Sequence record: SRR20825019_1354 | Direction: 5' to 3' (one strand) | DNA length: 64,000 nt | Part shown: one piece after another, positions 1 to 8,604 of the stretch | Numbering within the stretch: position 1 is the first letter of the stretch | How the letters are laid out: each line of letters opens with the position of its first letter | The notes under the pieces: generated by a model | What the model saw: the letters and a program-made list of their open reading frames with translations, nothing else | What the model was told of the DNA's origin: nothing | The model's database searches: none | Program-made: the position numbers and the translations under genes

Positions 1-1
1 C

Positions 2-97
2 AACAAGGACGAAGAAGCCCCGATCTTCCAGGTTGCGGACTACGGCCTTGTGGCTGATCTCTTCGAGGCAGTGCCTGCTCTCGAGAAGGCTCTCTAA
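2..97 (+). CDS. etfA: Electron transfer flavoprotein subunit alpha, 3' end (truncated by window)
   Basis: Frame from nt 2 reads [31 protein letters not shown], the conserved EtfA C-terminus; etfA followed by a 3-hydroxybutyryl-CoA dehydrogenase is a familiar alphaproteobacterial order. Confidence 0.93.
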   Translation, partial: NKDEEAPIFQVADYGLVADLFEAVPALEKAL

Positions 98-118
98 GCC
101 TACAGACAATCAGAAATT

Positions 119-146
119 AAGGGCGCTTCTATAGCGCCCTTTTTTT
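119..146 (+). terminator. Intrinsic terminator after etfA
   Basis: AAGGGCGCT-TCTAT-AGCGCCCTT followed by a T run. Confidence 0.85.
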
Positions 147-205
147 AAACGTGATAATAAGAAGCCAGATAAGGCTCTGAAAACAAAGCTTCGAAAGAAA
201 TAAGA

Positions 206-1081
206 ATGGTTGAGAAGGTAGGGGTTATTGGCGCGGGCCAGATGGGTAACGGCATCGCGCATGTCAGTGCGCTCGCGGGCATGAATGTGATGCTTTCCGA
301 TGTCAGCATGGAAAAGGTTGAGCGTGGCCTTGAGATCATCAAAGGCAACCTCTCCCGCCAGGTTGGCAAGGGCAAAATCACCGCTGATGAAATGGATGCC
401 GCCCTCAAACGCATTAAAATTGCTGATAGCTTGAGCGCGCACTCGAGCTGCGACCTTGTTATTGAAGCGGCGGTCGAGAACGAGAAGATCAAAACCACGA
501 TCTTCAAGGAATTGTGCCCGCACCTGAAATCAAGCGCGCTTGTGGCATCAAACACATCCTCGATCGCGATCACTCGCCTCGCAGCGTCAACCGACCGGCC
601 AGAGAAATTCATGGGTGTTCATTTCATGAACCCGGTGCCGCTCATGCAACTGGTGGAACTGATCCCCGGCATTGCGACATCTGAAGAAACCTTTGAGCGT
701 TTCAAGGTGTTCACCGCCAAGCTCAACAAAACCACTGTCATTTCGGAAGATTTCCCGGCCTTTATCGTCAACCGCATTTTGATGCCGATGATCAATGAGG
801 CGATCTACACGCTTTATGAAGGCGTAGGCAGCGTTGAAGCGATTGATAATGCCATGATGCTGGGTGCCAATCACCCCATGGGGCCGCTCACGCTGGCAGA
901 CTTTATCGGCCTTGATACCTGCCTTTCCATCATGCAGGTGCTGTATGATGGACTGGCGGACAGCAAGTATCGCCCCTGCCCATTGCTGGTGAAATATGTT
1001 GAAGCCGGATGGCTTGGCCGCAAGGCCGGGCGCGGTTTTTATGATTACCGCGTTGAAGGCGACCCGGTTCCGACCCGCTAA
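206..1081 (+). CDS. hbd: 3-hydroxybutyryl-CoA dehydrogenase
   Basis: GAGQMG Rossmann motif, IEAAVE, ASNTSS, GVHFMNP, HPMGP, GWLGRK motifs. Confidence 0.95.
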   Translation: MVEKVGVIGAGQMGNGIAHVSALAGMNVMLSDVSMEKVERGLEIIKGNLSRQVGKGKITADEMDAALKRIKIADSLSAHSSCDLVIEAAVENEKIKTTIFKELCPHLKSSALVASNTSSIAITRLAASTDRPEKFMGVHFMNPVPLMQLVELIPGIATSEETFERFKVFTAKLNKTTVISEDFPAFIVNRILMPMINEAIYTLYEGVGSVEAIDNAMMLGANHPMGPLTLADFIGLDTCLSIMQVLYDGLADSKYRPCPLLVKYVEAGWLGRKAGRGFYDYRVEGDPVPTR

Positions 1082-1110
1082 CCCAACCGGTTAGACAAGC
1101 GCCAAAAATG

Positions 1111-1145
1111 AAAAAGCCGCCTCATTTGAAGCGGCTTTTCTTTTT
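1111..1145. terminator. Bidirectional intrinsic terminator between convergent hbd and the TPR gene
   Basis: AAAAAGCCGC-CTCATTTGAA-GCGGCTTTTCTTTTT, with A and T tails on both sides. Confidence 0.85.
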
Positions 1146-1185
1146 ATCTGGTCAGGAGCATCCAAGCCAGAAGAAGTAAAGCTTA

Positions 1186-3123
1186 TTATTGCTCTTTCTC
1201 TTTCTGCTCCAGAGCGGCTTTATATTCAATAATGGTATTTCTAAGCTCAGCCTGAAACGCTTTATCAAAGCCTGCGAGCGCGAACGCCGCTTCTGTCGCT
1301 GCTATTGCTTCACTGTATGACCCAAGTTGCGCGAGCGCGTAACCATAGTTTGCGGCCACTGCGGCTGAGTTTGGTAGCAACTGACGAGCCGTGCGCAAAG
1401 CAACCCGTGCTTCCGAGAACTCAGACAACATCAAATGTGTATGCCCGAGTTTTGCATAGAGCTGACCGTCACCCGCAACCTTGGTGACAAGCTCCTTCAG
1501 GTCAGCTTTAGTGCCCTGATAGTTGCCTAGCACACTATAAGCATAAGCCCGGTTCTTGAGTGCTGACTGATAATCAGGTTTCAACGCTATCGCCTTTGAA
1601 AGTGAGGCCACAGCGTCTTCCATCTGGTTCATGCGGTAATAGGCCGACCCCTTGATATTATGGGCCAAAGCATCGCTCCCGCCTTTTTCCAAGAGCTTGT
1701 TCGCCGTTGCCAGGGCATCTACATATTGCGCATTCTCAAGCTGCATGTTGGCGATGGATGTCAGGTGTTCACTTGAAAGCAAACCAAGCTCTTCAAGGCC
1801 GCTCATCAACTCAATCGCCCGATCACGGTTGCCTGCCCGGTATTCCGCAATCGCTTGCGCTGAAATCAAGCTGCCTTTGATCTGGCGGTTGGTATCATCA
1901 TTCTCAGAGGCTTTAACTTCCGTGGCATACTCAATCGCCTTGCGGTAATTCTCAGCTGCTTCCTTGCCGTTACCAAGCGCCACATTCGCAGCGCCTGCAG
2001 CCGCTTGCGCGTCCGCATCTGCCGCATCTTGTACCGTGAGCGGCTTGAGCACCTCAAGCGATGGTCCCGGGAAGCCGGTGCGCACAAGGCTTTCGGCCAG
2101 CGAAAGCCTCACTTCACGGTCTTCCGGATATCTATCAAGGAACAGTTGCAGATATTTTGAGGCGATTGAATATTTACCCGCGCGGAACGACACCAAGCCA
2201 TAGAGGCGGGTGGCGGCCGGGTAAACACCAATCAAATCGCCGGTGCGGAGCAGCGTTTCCTGTGCTTCCTGCAGGTTACCTTTTTCTGCCAGAATAAACG
2301 CTGCATAAAACTGGGTGATAGAATAGTTTGGCGCGATGGCAATCGCCCGGTCCAGTGTTTCTTCCGCTTTCTCTATATTGGCAACGTCCATGTAGGCTGC
2401 GATCAACTCGAGGAGAGCGTGAATATAGGTTGATTGCAGTTCAAGAGAGTTATTTAAAAGCTCAATTGCCCGCTCAGGCTCACCTTTCGCGCGCGCCACC
2501 GAGCCCATGATATACTCAGGCATCGCATTACTATCGTCTTTACCGTGAGCTACCTGTGCCGCCGCCTTCGCGGCGTCCAAATTGCCCTCGCCCAACTCCA
2601 GAAGCGCGATACCAAGATCAACCCGGTAGTTTTGAGGTTCCATCTCTGCTGCGGCTGCGTAATATTTGCGCGCAAGCTCAATATCATCTCCCTGCACCGC
2701 CAGATCAGCCTGAAGCATCAGGGCTTCAAAACCGCCGCTGCCGGACAGCATGACATTGCGAAGCTCTGCCTTGGCATCCTCTAGCCTGCGCTGCAGCATA
2801 TAGGCCGAGCCCATCGGCAGTGCGGTCTGGGAACGAATGGCACCGCTGTTGCGTGCTTTTTCAATCGCAACCTGGGCCGCGACTCCGTTAAACTGGCCCA
2901 GATAAATATCTGCAAGGACCAGAAAATCATCCGTACCAGCAATATTGAGCTGCTCTTTTGCACGAATAACCTTGATGGCCTTATCCGATTGACCATCCTC
3001 CACCAGTTTTTCGAGCGCAGCCTTGTCATATCCGGCCAACTCGTTGGAATCTAAACCTAATTCGCTGGAATCCCCACACGCAGCGAGAAGTAACGCAACC
3101 ACTAAACCATATTTCCGAACCAT
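1186..3123 (-). CDS. TPR-repeat lipoprotein, PrsT-like (PEP-CTERM system associated)
   Basis: Lipobox LAAC after a short hydrophobic signal; many TPR-like helical repeats; divergent from a PEP-CTERM gene. Confidence 0.75.
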   Translation of the reverse strand: MVRKYGLVVALLLAACGDSSELGLDSNELAGYDKAALEKLVEDGQSDKAIKVIRAKEQLNIAGTDDFLVLADIYLGQFNGVAAQVAIEKARNSGAIRSQTALPMGSAYMLQRRLEDAKAELRNVMLSGSGGFEALMLQADLAVQGDDIELARKYYAAAAEMEPQNYRVDLGIALLELGEGNLDAAKAAAQVAHGKDDSNAMPEYIMGSVARAKGEPERAIELLNNSLELQSTYIHALLELIAAYMDVANIEKAEETLDRAIAIAPNYSITQFYAAFILAEKGNLQEAQETLLRTGDLIGVYPAATRLYGLVSFRAGKYSIASKYLQLFLDRYPEDREVRLSLAESLVRTGFPGPSLEVLKPLTVQDAADADAQAAAGAANVALGNGKEAAENYRKAIEYATEVKASENDDTNRQIKGSLISAQAIAEYRAGNRDRAIELMSGLEELGLLSSEHLTSIANMQLENAQYVDALATANKLLEKGGSDALAHNIKGSAYYRMNQMEDAVASLSKAIALKPDYQSALKNRAYAYSVLGNYQGTKADLKELVTKVAGDGQLYAKLGHTHLMLSEFSEARVALRTARQLLPNSAAVAANYGYALAQLGSYSEAIAATEAAFALAGFDKAFQAELRNTIIEYKAALEQKEKEQ

Positions 3124-3219
3124 GCTGTGAGCCGCCCCTGTCAGATATTTGCGTACTTCTTACAATTTTAATAGAATTTCGTCCAGAATTTAGATATAAG
3201 GACATCAAATCACATTGTC

Positions 3220-3864
3220 ATGGGATATTTAAAAATGACGGTTCTAAAGAAAATCTTCGCGGTAGGCTTTGCCTTGGCATCGGGTATCGCATTTTCAAAT
3301 GCAGCTTCGGCGGCCACTATTTATGGCGAATTACAGGCTGATGCGGGCGTCTACTCCCCGATCGCTTTGGGAGAATCTGTTGCGCTCGACGGCTGCGGAT
3401 CGTCCTTTGACACCAATCCCAACGTGAATGTGCAGGGGACATTGACTTCCCTTTGCAACGGAGTCACTGACCTCGCTCCATTCGATTTCACCTGGAGTAT
3501 TTACGAATTTGATGGCGTCGCTACCTATTCGTTCCTTGGTTATGTTGTCGAGGAAACGGTTGCACCGATCCTGACAACCGGCGGCATTGGTGACCTCATT
3601 CAGGCAGCGGGTACTTATTTCCTAAGCCTTAACGTGACCCTGTCTCCATCCTCTTCCACATTCGCTTTGCCTGGCGGTGATACCGGTGCATTCCAGCCGA
3701 ACCCCGGCAACTTATCTCCGAACTCACACTCAGCATTCTCGAACGTTGCGCTGATTGTTGGTCCGGCGCCTGTGCCTGAACCTGCTGGCGCGCTTCTGCT
3801 GTTGCCTGCACTGGTTTACATGGTACGCCGCCAGCGCAAACAGCGCGGGAAAGCTGCTGCTTAA
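3220..3864 (+). CDS. PEP-CTERM sorting-domain surface protein with PKD/Ig-like region (start may be 3235)
   Basis: Signal peptide ending AASA; C-terminus VPEP + hydrophobic helix (AGALLLLPALVYMV) + basic tail RRQRKQR. Confidence 0.88.
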   Translation: MGYLKMTVLKKIFAVGFALASGIAFSNAASAATIYGELQADAGVYSPIALGESVALDGCGSSFDTNPNVNVQGTLTSLCNGVTDLAPFDFTWSIYEFDGVATYSFLGYVVEETVAPILTTGGIGDLIQAAGTYFLSLNVTLSPSSSTFALPGGDTGAFQPNPGNLSPNSHSAFSNVALIVGPAPVPEPAGALLLLPALVYMVRRQRKQRGKAAA

Positions 3865-3889
3865 TTAAGCGGCTGAAACCAATCACTGA

Positions 3890-3916
3890 AAAACCCGGCG
3901 TCTGCCGGGTTTTTTT
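3890..3916. terminator. Bidirectional intrinsic terminator
   Basis: AAAACCCGGC-GTCT-GCCGGGTTTTTTT between the convergent PEP-CTERM and ApbE-like genes. Confidence 0.85.
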
Positions 3917-4733
3917 ATGGCGTGCACTCCAGAACCCGCGGCCCCTCACGCGTTAACACAAGCCCTTGGGCGCTGAGGCCCCTCAGGACTTTGGCGGCAT
4001 CTGTGGGCATAAGGGCAGCAACATGCGTGAGGCCAGCGGCAAACGCGGCCGAAGGCGCACGGATAATCACACCGTCGGTCCCCCACTCTTCTTTCGCGAA
4101 CAACATATCCTGCCGGGCATCATAAAGGGCTGCGCTGCCGTATCCCTCCCCAAAACATGCCAAGGCGCCATCCCTGAGGGTGATGGGCAGCCTCGCGCCG
4201 TCTCCGGATGCGTTCAAGCTGAAGTATACGCGCCATTCCTGTGGGCCAAACGCCCGAATACAGCCATCAAGGTCTACAATGCCCTGGTGCACCCCAGCTT
4301 CCTGCAGCGCCTTGACGGCAGCATCAACCACAAAGCCCTTGGCGATCGCACATAAGTCAACCTGCAAGGGCCTGCTGAGCCGGACAAGGTTTTTCACCGA
4401 AAGGTCAATATCGGTCCAGCGTGCTGTACCGCCTGTGCCCGCTGCAGCAACATCAAACGCACCGTCTGAACGGTACGCGATCTCATTCGCGATCCTGAGC
4501 ATCTGCCATAGCGGGGTTGAGACATAATGGCTCTCCCCAATCGGCGCTGCCAGCAGGCGCATCAATTCGCTTTTTGTGCTCTCCGTGTCCACCATGCCGG
4601 TTATCAGGTCCACCGCTTCAAATGCCCGCCTGATCACCCGCGCCGCGCAAAACCCATGGAGCCCGAGTGTCGTGATGCTCATGGTGGCACCCATCACGGG
4701 TTTTGAACGTGACATCTTCTGGCAACAGGTCAT
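3915..4733 (-). CDS. ApbE-like (FAD:protein FMN transferase fold) protein, divergent
   Basis: MG-x-T N-terminal motif, SDGAFDV, DLCAIAKGFVVD (cf. DLGAIAKGYAVD); ATG at 4733 with purine-rich AAGGAAGGGG upstream; later catalytic motifs altered. Confidence 0.75.
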   Translation of the reverse strand: MTCCQKMSRSKPVMGATMSITTLGLHGFCAARVIRRAFEAVDLITGMVDTESTKSELMRLLAAPIGESHYVSTPLWQMLRIANEIAYRSDGAFDVAAAGTGGTARWTDIDLSVKNLVRLSRPLQVDLCAIAKGFVVDAAVKALQEAGVHQGIVDLDGCIRAFGPQEWRVYFSLNASGDGARLPITLRDGALACFGEGYGSAALYDARQDMLFAKEEWGTDGVIIRAPSAAFAAGLTHVAALMPTDAAKVLRGLSAQGLVLTREGPRVLECTP

Positions 4734-4763
4734 CGGTCCCCTTCCTTTATATCGCAATTTACC

Positions 4764-4851
4764 TGTGGCGGTGCTCCGCCACACCTACGCCACAAAAACC
4801 AGCACACTCGCGCCACACTCCTGCCTACAGACCCGCCACACATGTGTGGCG
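4764..4851. repeat. Phased array of CGCCACA-like units with inverted copies at both ends
   Basis: CGCCACA at 4777, 4788, 4811, 4834; degenerate units at 4800 and 4823; inverted TGTGGCG at 4764 and 4845. Confidence 0.65.
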
Positions 4852-4896
4852 TAACAGGTGGTTCGGCGGCGCTGCATTTGGCCTGAAGATCAGTAT

Positions 4897-4917
4897 AATT
4901 AATAATCATTCTTAATT
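4897..4917. promoter_or_regulatory. Fur-box-like AT-rich palindrome
   Basis: AATTAATAATCATTCTTAATT; core TAATAAT-C-ATTCTTA matches 11 of 14 positions of the 7-1-7 TGATAAT-n-ATTATCA consensus. Confidence 0.5.
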
Positions 4918-5040
4918 GCAATACCAAAGATGGGCACCTCTTTTCGTCTTTGCTTTATGAGGGATCAAACACGCTCGCACCCGCATCCGCGGTGTGTTAT
5001 GTGCAATAGTCTCTCTTAGGCATCTGGAGGAACCCACACC

Positions 5041-5718
5041 ATGCCCGCCCTTAAAATTGTCATCGGAACAAAGACTTATTCAAGCTGGTCCCTGCGCGGG
5101 TGGCTTGCTGTTGCCCATACCGGCCTGGTTTTTGAGGAAGAGAAACTGACGCTGGACACGCCGGATTTTTACGCACGCATTGGTGCACTTTCCCCAAGCA
5201 GGACCGTGCCGGCGTTGCATCATGGTGCGACGGTGGTGTGGGATTCGCTCGCGATTATCGACTATTGCGCGCGCATCGCCCCGCAGGCTTACTGGTGGCC
5301 GGAAGATGATGCGGCTTATGGTTTCGCCCGCAGCATCTGCGCCGAAATGCACTCTAGTTACATGGGCTTACGCACATATGCGCCCATGAACCTCAGGGGC
5401 TCATGGTCCGATATGGAGCTCTGTGAGGCTGTCGAGAACGACGTGAAAAAGGTCACCGCACGCTGGGATGAAGCCCGCGCTCGCTTTGGCGGTGCTGGTG
5501 ATTTCCTGTTTGGTGACTTCAGCGCGGCAGACATGATGTTCGCCCCCGTTGTGGCCCGACTTATCACCTACGGCATTGAGGTCAGCGAAACATCTCGCGC
5601 CTATATGGATGCCGTGCGCGCCCACCCGCTGGTGGACGCATGGTACAAGGACGCGGCCCTTGAAAATGAAGTTGTTGCGCAGGACGAAATTCCCATTGAT
5701 GCCAAGCGCTTAGGCTAG
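5041..5718 (+). CDS. Glutathione S-transferase family protein
   Basis: YSSWSLR, SP-x-x-x-VP, VWDSLAI, CAEMHS, FSAADMMFAPV motifs. Confidence 0.92.
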   Translation: MPALKIVIGTKTYSSWSLRGWLAVAHTGLVFEEEKLTLDTPDFYARIGALSPSRTVPALHHGATVVWDSLAIIDYCARIAPQAYWWPEDDAAYGFARSICAEMHSSYMGLRTYAPMNLRGSWSDMELCEAVENDVKKVTARWDEARARFGGAGDFLFGDFSAADMMFAPVVARLITYGIEVSETSRAYMDAVRAHPLVDAWYKDAALENEVVAQDEIPIDAKRLG

Positions 5719-6308
5719 ATTTTACCGTCCGCCAGTGCGTCAAAAAATGCTATTGTTTCCGGCGCTTCCCAGTGCCGGAGGCGATAGGATGTCGCTTTTA
5801 TCAAACCGTCCGGCCCTATGATAACTGAGGCGGGCCCTGTACCGTTTCGCCGGAAATCCGGGTCCATCGTCAGGTCTCGCAGGATGCTCAGGTGATACGG
5901 TGTATAAGGCGCAAGGCCTTCAATGCCCCAACGGTCAAGGGTGCGCTTTGCCTGGTGGATGTTGCCTTCGTCAAGGCTGAGAGCGACAATTTCCATACGG
6001 TCATCCCCCATCTCGCGCTGAAGTGCGGCGAGGCTACGCAGGTGGGCGCGACAGCCAAGACATTCCCGACCATAAAAGGTGACGATAAGAGCTTTGCCTG
6101 CCTTCTCACCGAGCGTCTCAACGGTTTTTTTGGTGCCGTTGAAATCAGAGACCACTTTCATATCAGCGACTTGCACTTCACCGGCCTTCACGTTCAGGCC
6201 ACTGAGGTCGCCAACAAGGTAATCATCCACATCAGCCGCAAAAGCGTTGCTGGCCGATAGGCTGGCTAAAAGAACGAGTGAAAAACCTATCAATTTACGC
6301 ATCATCAT
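5715..6308 (-). CDS. TlpA-like thioredoxin-fold protein, divergent paralog (CLGC)
   Basis: Signal peptide, CxxC (ECLGC), clear similarity to the neighbouring TlpA (WGIEGL, C-terminal ALADGKI); start among several Met codons. Confidence 0.75.
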   Translation of the reverse strand: MMMRKLIGFSLVLLASLSASNAFAADVDDYLVGDLSGLNVKAGEVQVADMKVVSDFNGTKKTVETLGEKAGKALIVTFYGRECLGCRAHLRSLAALQREMGDDRMEIVALSLDEGNIHQAKRTLDRWGIEGLAPYTPYHLSILRDLTMDPDFRRNGTGPASVIIGPDGLIKATSYRLRHWEAPETIAFFDALADGKI

Positions 6309-6399
6309 TCCCCAATCATGCAATCATTGAACGGGTTGATAATAGCACAAATGTGGGCCTACAACGATGACAAGAGTGTGAATTTCAAAAACTGAAAGC

Positions 6400-6981
6400 C
6401 TAGATTTTCCCGGCTGCCAGCGCTTTGAAAAGCTCAAGCGCCTCTGGCTTGTCCCATTTCAGGGGGCCAAGAAACAGGGCTTTCACCTCGCCGTCACGCC
6501 CGACCACATAACTTGTGGGCAGGGCGCCGTCAGCCAGATCAAAAGCGATTTTCATTGTGGGCTCGGCATAAAGCGCGAGGCCTTCAATACCCCATTCCTC
6601 AAGGGTTTCTTCCGCCTGCGGAATGCCGCCGCGATCCACAGTAATCGCCACCACTTCAAAGTTTTCGCCGCCCAGCTCATGCTGCAGATTAGCAAGCTCT
6701 TTCATCTCCGCGCGGCACGGCGCGCACCAGCTTGCCCACAAGTTCACCAGCATGGCCTTGCCTTTGAGGCTTGAAAGCGGCGCTTTGCTGCCATCCTCGA
6801 ATATAATTTCGTGCGACGGCAGCATCATTGGCTCTTCAGGCAAGGTCAGCTTTGCCATTTCGCCTTTCAGGTAAGAATTTATCGGTGCATCCGCCGTTGT
6901 CGGCGTTATAAACACTCGATAAGCTGCAACGCCCAAAAGAGCGACCACGATGGTGGAAAGTATGAGGACTTTTTTGGGCAT
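6400..6981 (-). CDS. tlpA: TlpA family disulfide reductase
   Basis: N-terminal membrane anchor, [14 protein letters not shown] cis-Pro motif; divergent from argH as commonly seen in alphaproteobacteria. Confidence 0.88.
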   Translation of the reverse strand: MPKKVLILSTIVVALLGVAAYRVFITPTTADAPINSYLKGEMAKLTLPEEPMMLPSHEIIFEDGSKAPLSSLKGKAMLVNLWASWCAPCRAEMKELANLQHELGGENFEVVAITVDRGGIPQAEETLEEWGIEGLALYAEPTMKIAFDLADGALPTSYVVGRDGEVKALFLGPLKWDKPEALELFKALAAGKI

Positions 6982-7055
6982 CCACTGACTCCGGGTTACA
7001 AAGGTACGTTAGCGGCCACAAACATATAGGCGCTGATTGGAAAGGCAAGACTGGC

Positions 7056-8465
7056 ATGGATCACAATAACGACAAAAACAAGCAAAAGGGCCAATCCATG
7101 TGGGGTGGGCGCTTTGGTGCGGGCCCTTCTGCCATCATGCAGGAAATCAACGCCTCAATCGGGTTTGACCGCCGCCTGTACGCGGAAGACATCGCGGGCT
7201 CAAAAGCGCACGCAACCATGCTGGGCGCACAGGGTATTATCCCGACCGATGATGTTGCCGCGATCCATAAGGGGCTTGATCAGGTCAAAGCTGAGATTGA
7301 AGCGGGCGAGATGGTTTTTGACCCCGCACTTGAAGACATCCACATGCACGTGGAAAATCGCCTGCGCGAGATTGTGGGCGATGCTGGCGCGCGGCTTCAT
7401 ACCGGCCGTTCCCGCAACGATCAGGTCGCGACAGACTTTCGGCTCTGGGTGCGTGAACGCTGTGACGAGCTGGACCATGGCCTCAGGGACCTGCTGAGCA
7501 CACTTCTTGATCAGGCTGAAAAACACGCTGGTTCGGTCATGCCCGGTTTTACACATTTGCAGACTGCGCAGCCGGTTACGCTTGGCCACCATTTGATGGC
7601 CTATCATGAAATGTTTGCACGGGACCGTGCACGCCTGAAAGACTGCCGCGCGAGGGTGAACGAAAGCCCGCTGGGCGCCGCAGCCCTTGCTGGCACCAGC
7701 TTCCCCATTGATCGGCACATGACGGCTGAGGCCCTTGGTTTTGACCGGCCGCTGGCCAACTCGCTTGACGCGGTATCCTCGCGGGACTTCGCGCTTGAGT
7801 TTTTGTCTGTGCTCTCAATCTCGGCCGTGCACCTGTCACGCCTTGCCGATGAGATCGTGCTGTGGGCCACGTCCGCCTTCAAGTTCCTTGAACTTTCAGA
7901 CGGCTTTTCAACTGGTTCGTCTATCATGCCGCAAAAGCGCAACCCTGATGCAGCCGAGCTTGTGCGTGCCAAGGTTGGCCGCATCACGGGCTCCCTGAAT
8001 GGCCTTCTGATGGTCATGAAGGGCCTGCCGCTTGCGTATTCAAAAGACATGCAGGAAGATAAAGAACCTGTTTTCCAGGCTGTGGACGACTTTGTGCTGT
8101 GCCTTGCCGCCATGACCGGCATGATGGCTGACCTGAAGCCCCGCACGGACGAGATGGCCAAGGCAGCGAGCCTCGGTTTCTCAACCGCCACAGACCTCGC
8201 TGATTGGCTGGTACGCGTGCTTGGACTACCGTTCCGCGACGCTCACCACGTGACAGGCACCGTGGTAAAAGAAGCGGAAACACAAGGTGTTGACCTTAAA
8301 GACCTGCCACTTGATGCCATGCAGGCGGTTGAGCCGCGCATCACGGAAGATATCTATTCTGTCCTCAGTGTTGAGGCGTCTGTCACCAGCCGCACCTCGT
8401 TTGGCGGCACCGCCCCTGAAAATGTGAAAGCTGCGGTCCAGGCCGCGCGGGAGACGTTGAAATGA
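7056..8465 (+). CDS. argH: Argininosuccinate lyase
   Basis: [34 protein letters not shown] signature. Confidence 0.98.
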   Translation: MDHNNDKNKQKGQSMWGGRFGAGPSAIMQEINASIGFDRRLYAEDIAGSKAHATMLGAQGIIPTDDVAAIHKGLDQVKAEIEAGEMVFDPALEDIHMHVENRLREIVGDAGARLHTGRSRNDQVATDFRLWVRERCDELDHGLRDLLSTLLDQAEKHAGSVMPGFTHLQTAQPVTLGHHLMAYHEMFARDRARLKDCRARVNESPLGAAALAGTSFPIDRHMTAEALGFDRPLANSLDAVSSRDFALEFLSVLSISAVHLSRLADEIVLWATSAFKFLELSDGFSTGSSIMPQKRNPDAAELVRAKVGRITGSLNGLLMVMKGLPLAYSKDMQEDKEPVFQAVDDFVLCLAAMTGMMADLKPRTDEMAKAASLGFSTATDLADWLVRVLGLPFRDAHHVTGTVVKEAETQGVDLKDLPLDAMQAVEPRITEDIYSVLSVEASVTSRTSFGGTAPENVKAAVQAARETLK

Positions 8466-8587
8466 AACAACTGATCAAATCTGTCGTCATCATGAGCGTG
8501 CTTTTATGCACTGGCGCCAGCCTGAGTGCATGCGGGAAAAAGGGCGATGTCAAGCCACCGCCAAGCTACCAGAACAGCAACGATTAA
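8462..8587 (+). CDS. lptM: Small lipoprotein, LptM/LppL (YifL) family, 41 aa (not in ORF track)
   Basis: [41 protein letters not shown]; lipobox LSAC followed by GxKG..PP; ATGA overlap with the argH stop; sits directly before lysA. Confidence 0.8.
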   Translation: MKQLIKSVVIMSVLLCTGASLSACGKKGDVKPPPSYQNSND

Positions 8588-8604
8588 AGTGAGCCGGAGA
8601 CCCG

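Noticed and set aside
3124-3234. Sigma-54 promoter/PrsR enhancer for the PEP-CTERM gene
   Set aside because: No GG-N10-GC in a TGGCA..TTGC context; only a lone TTACA half-site.
4730-4927. 65-aa ORF with GAPP as a second arrest leader for the ApbE-like gene
   Set aside because: TTG start without RBS, Gly instead of the essential Arg, and the sequence is explained by the repeat array; the ATGA overlap can be chance.
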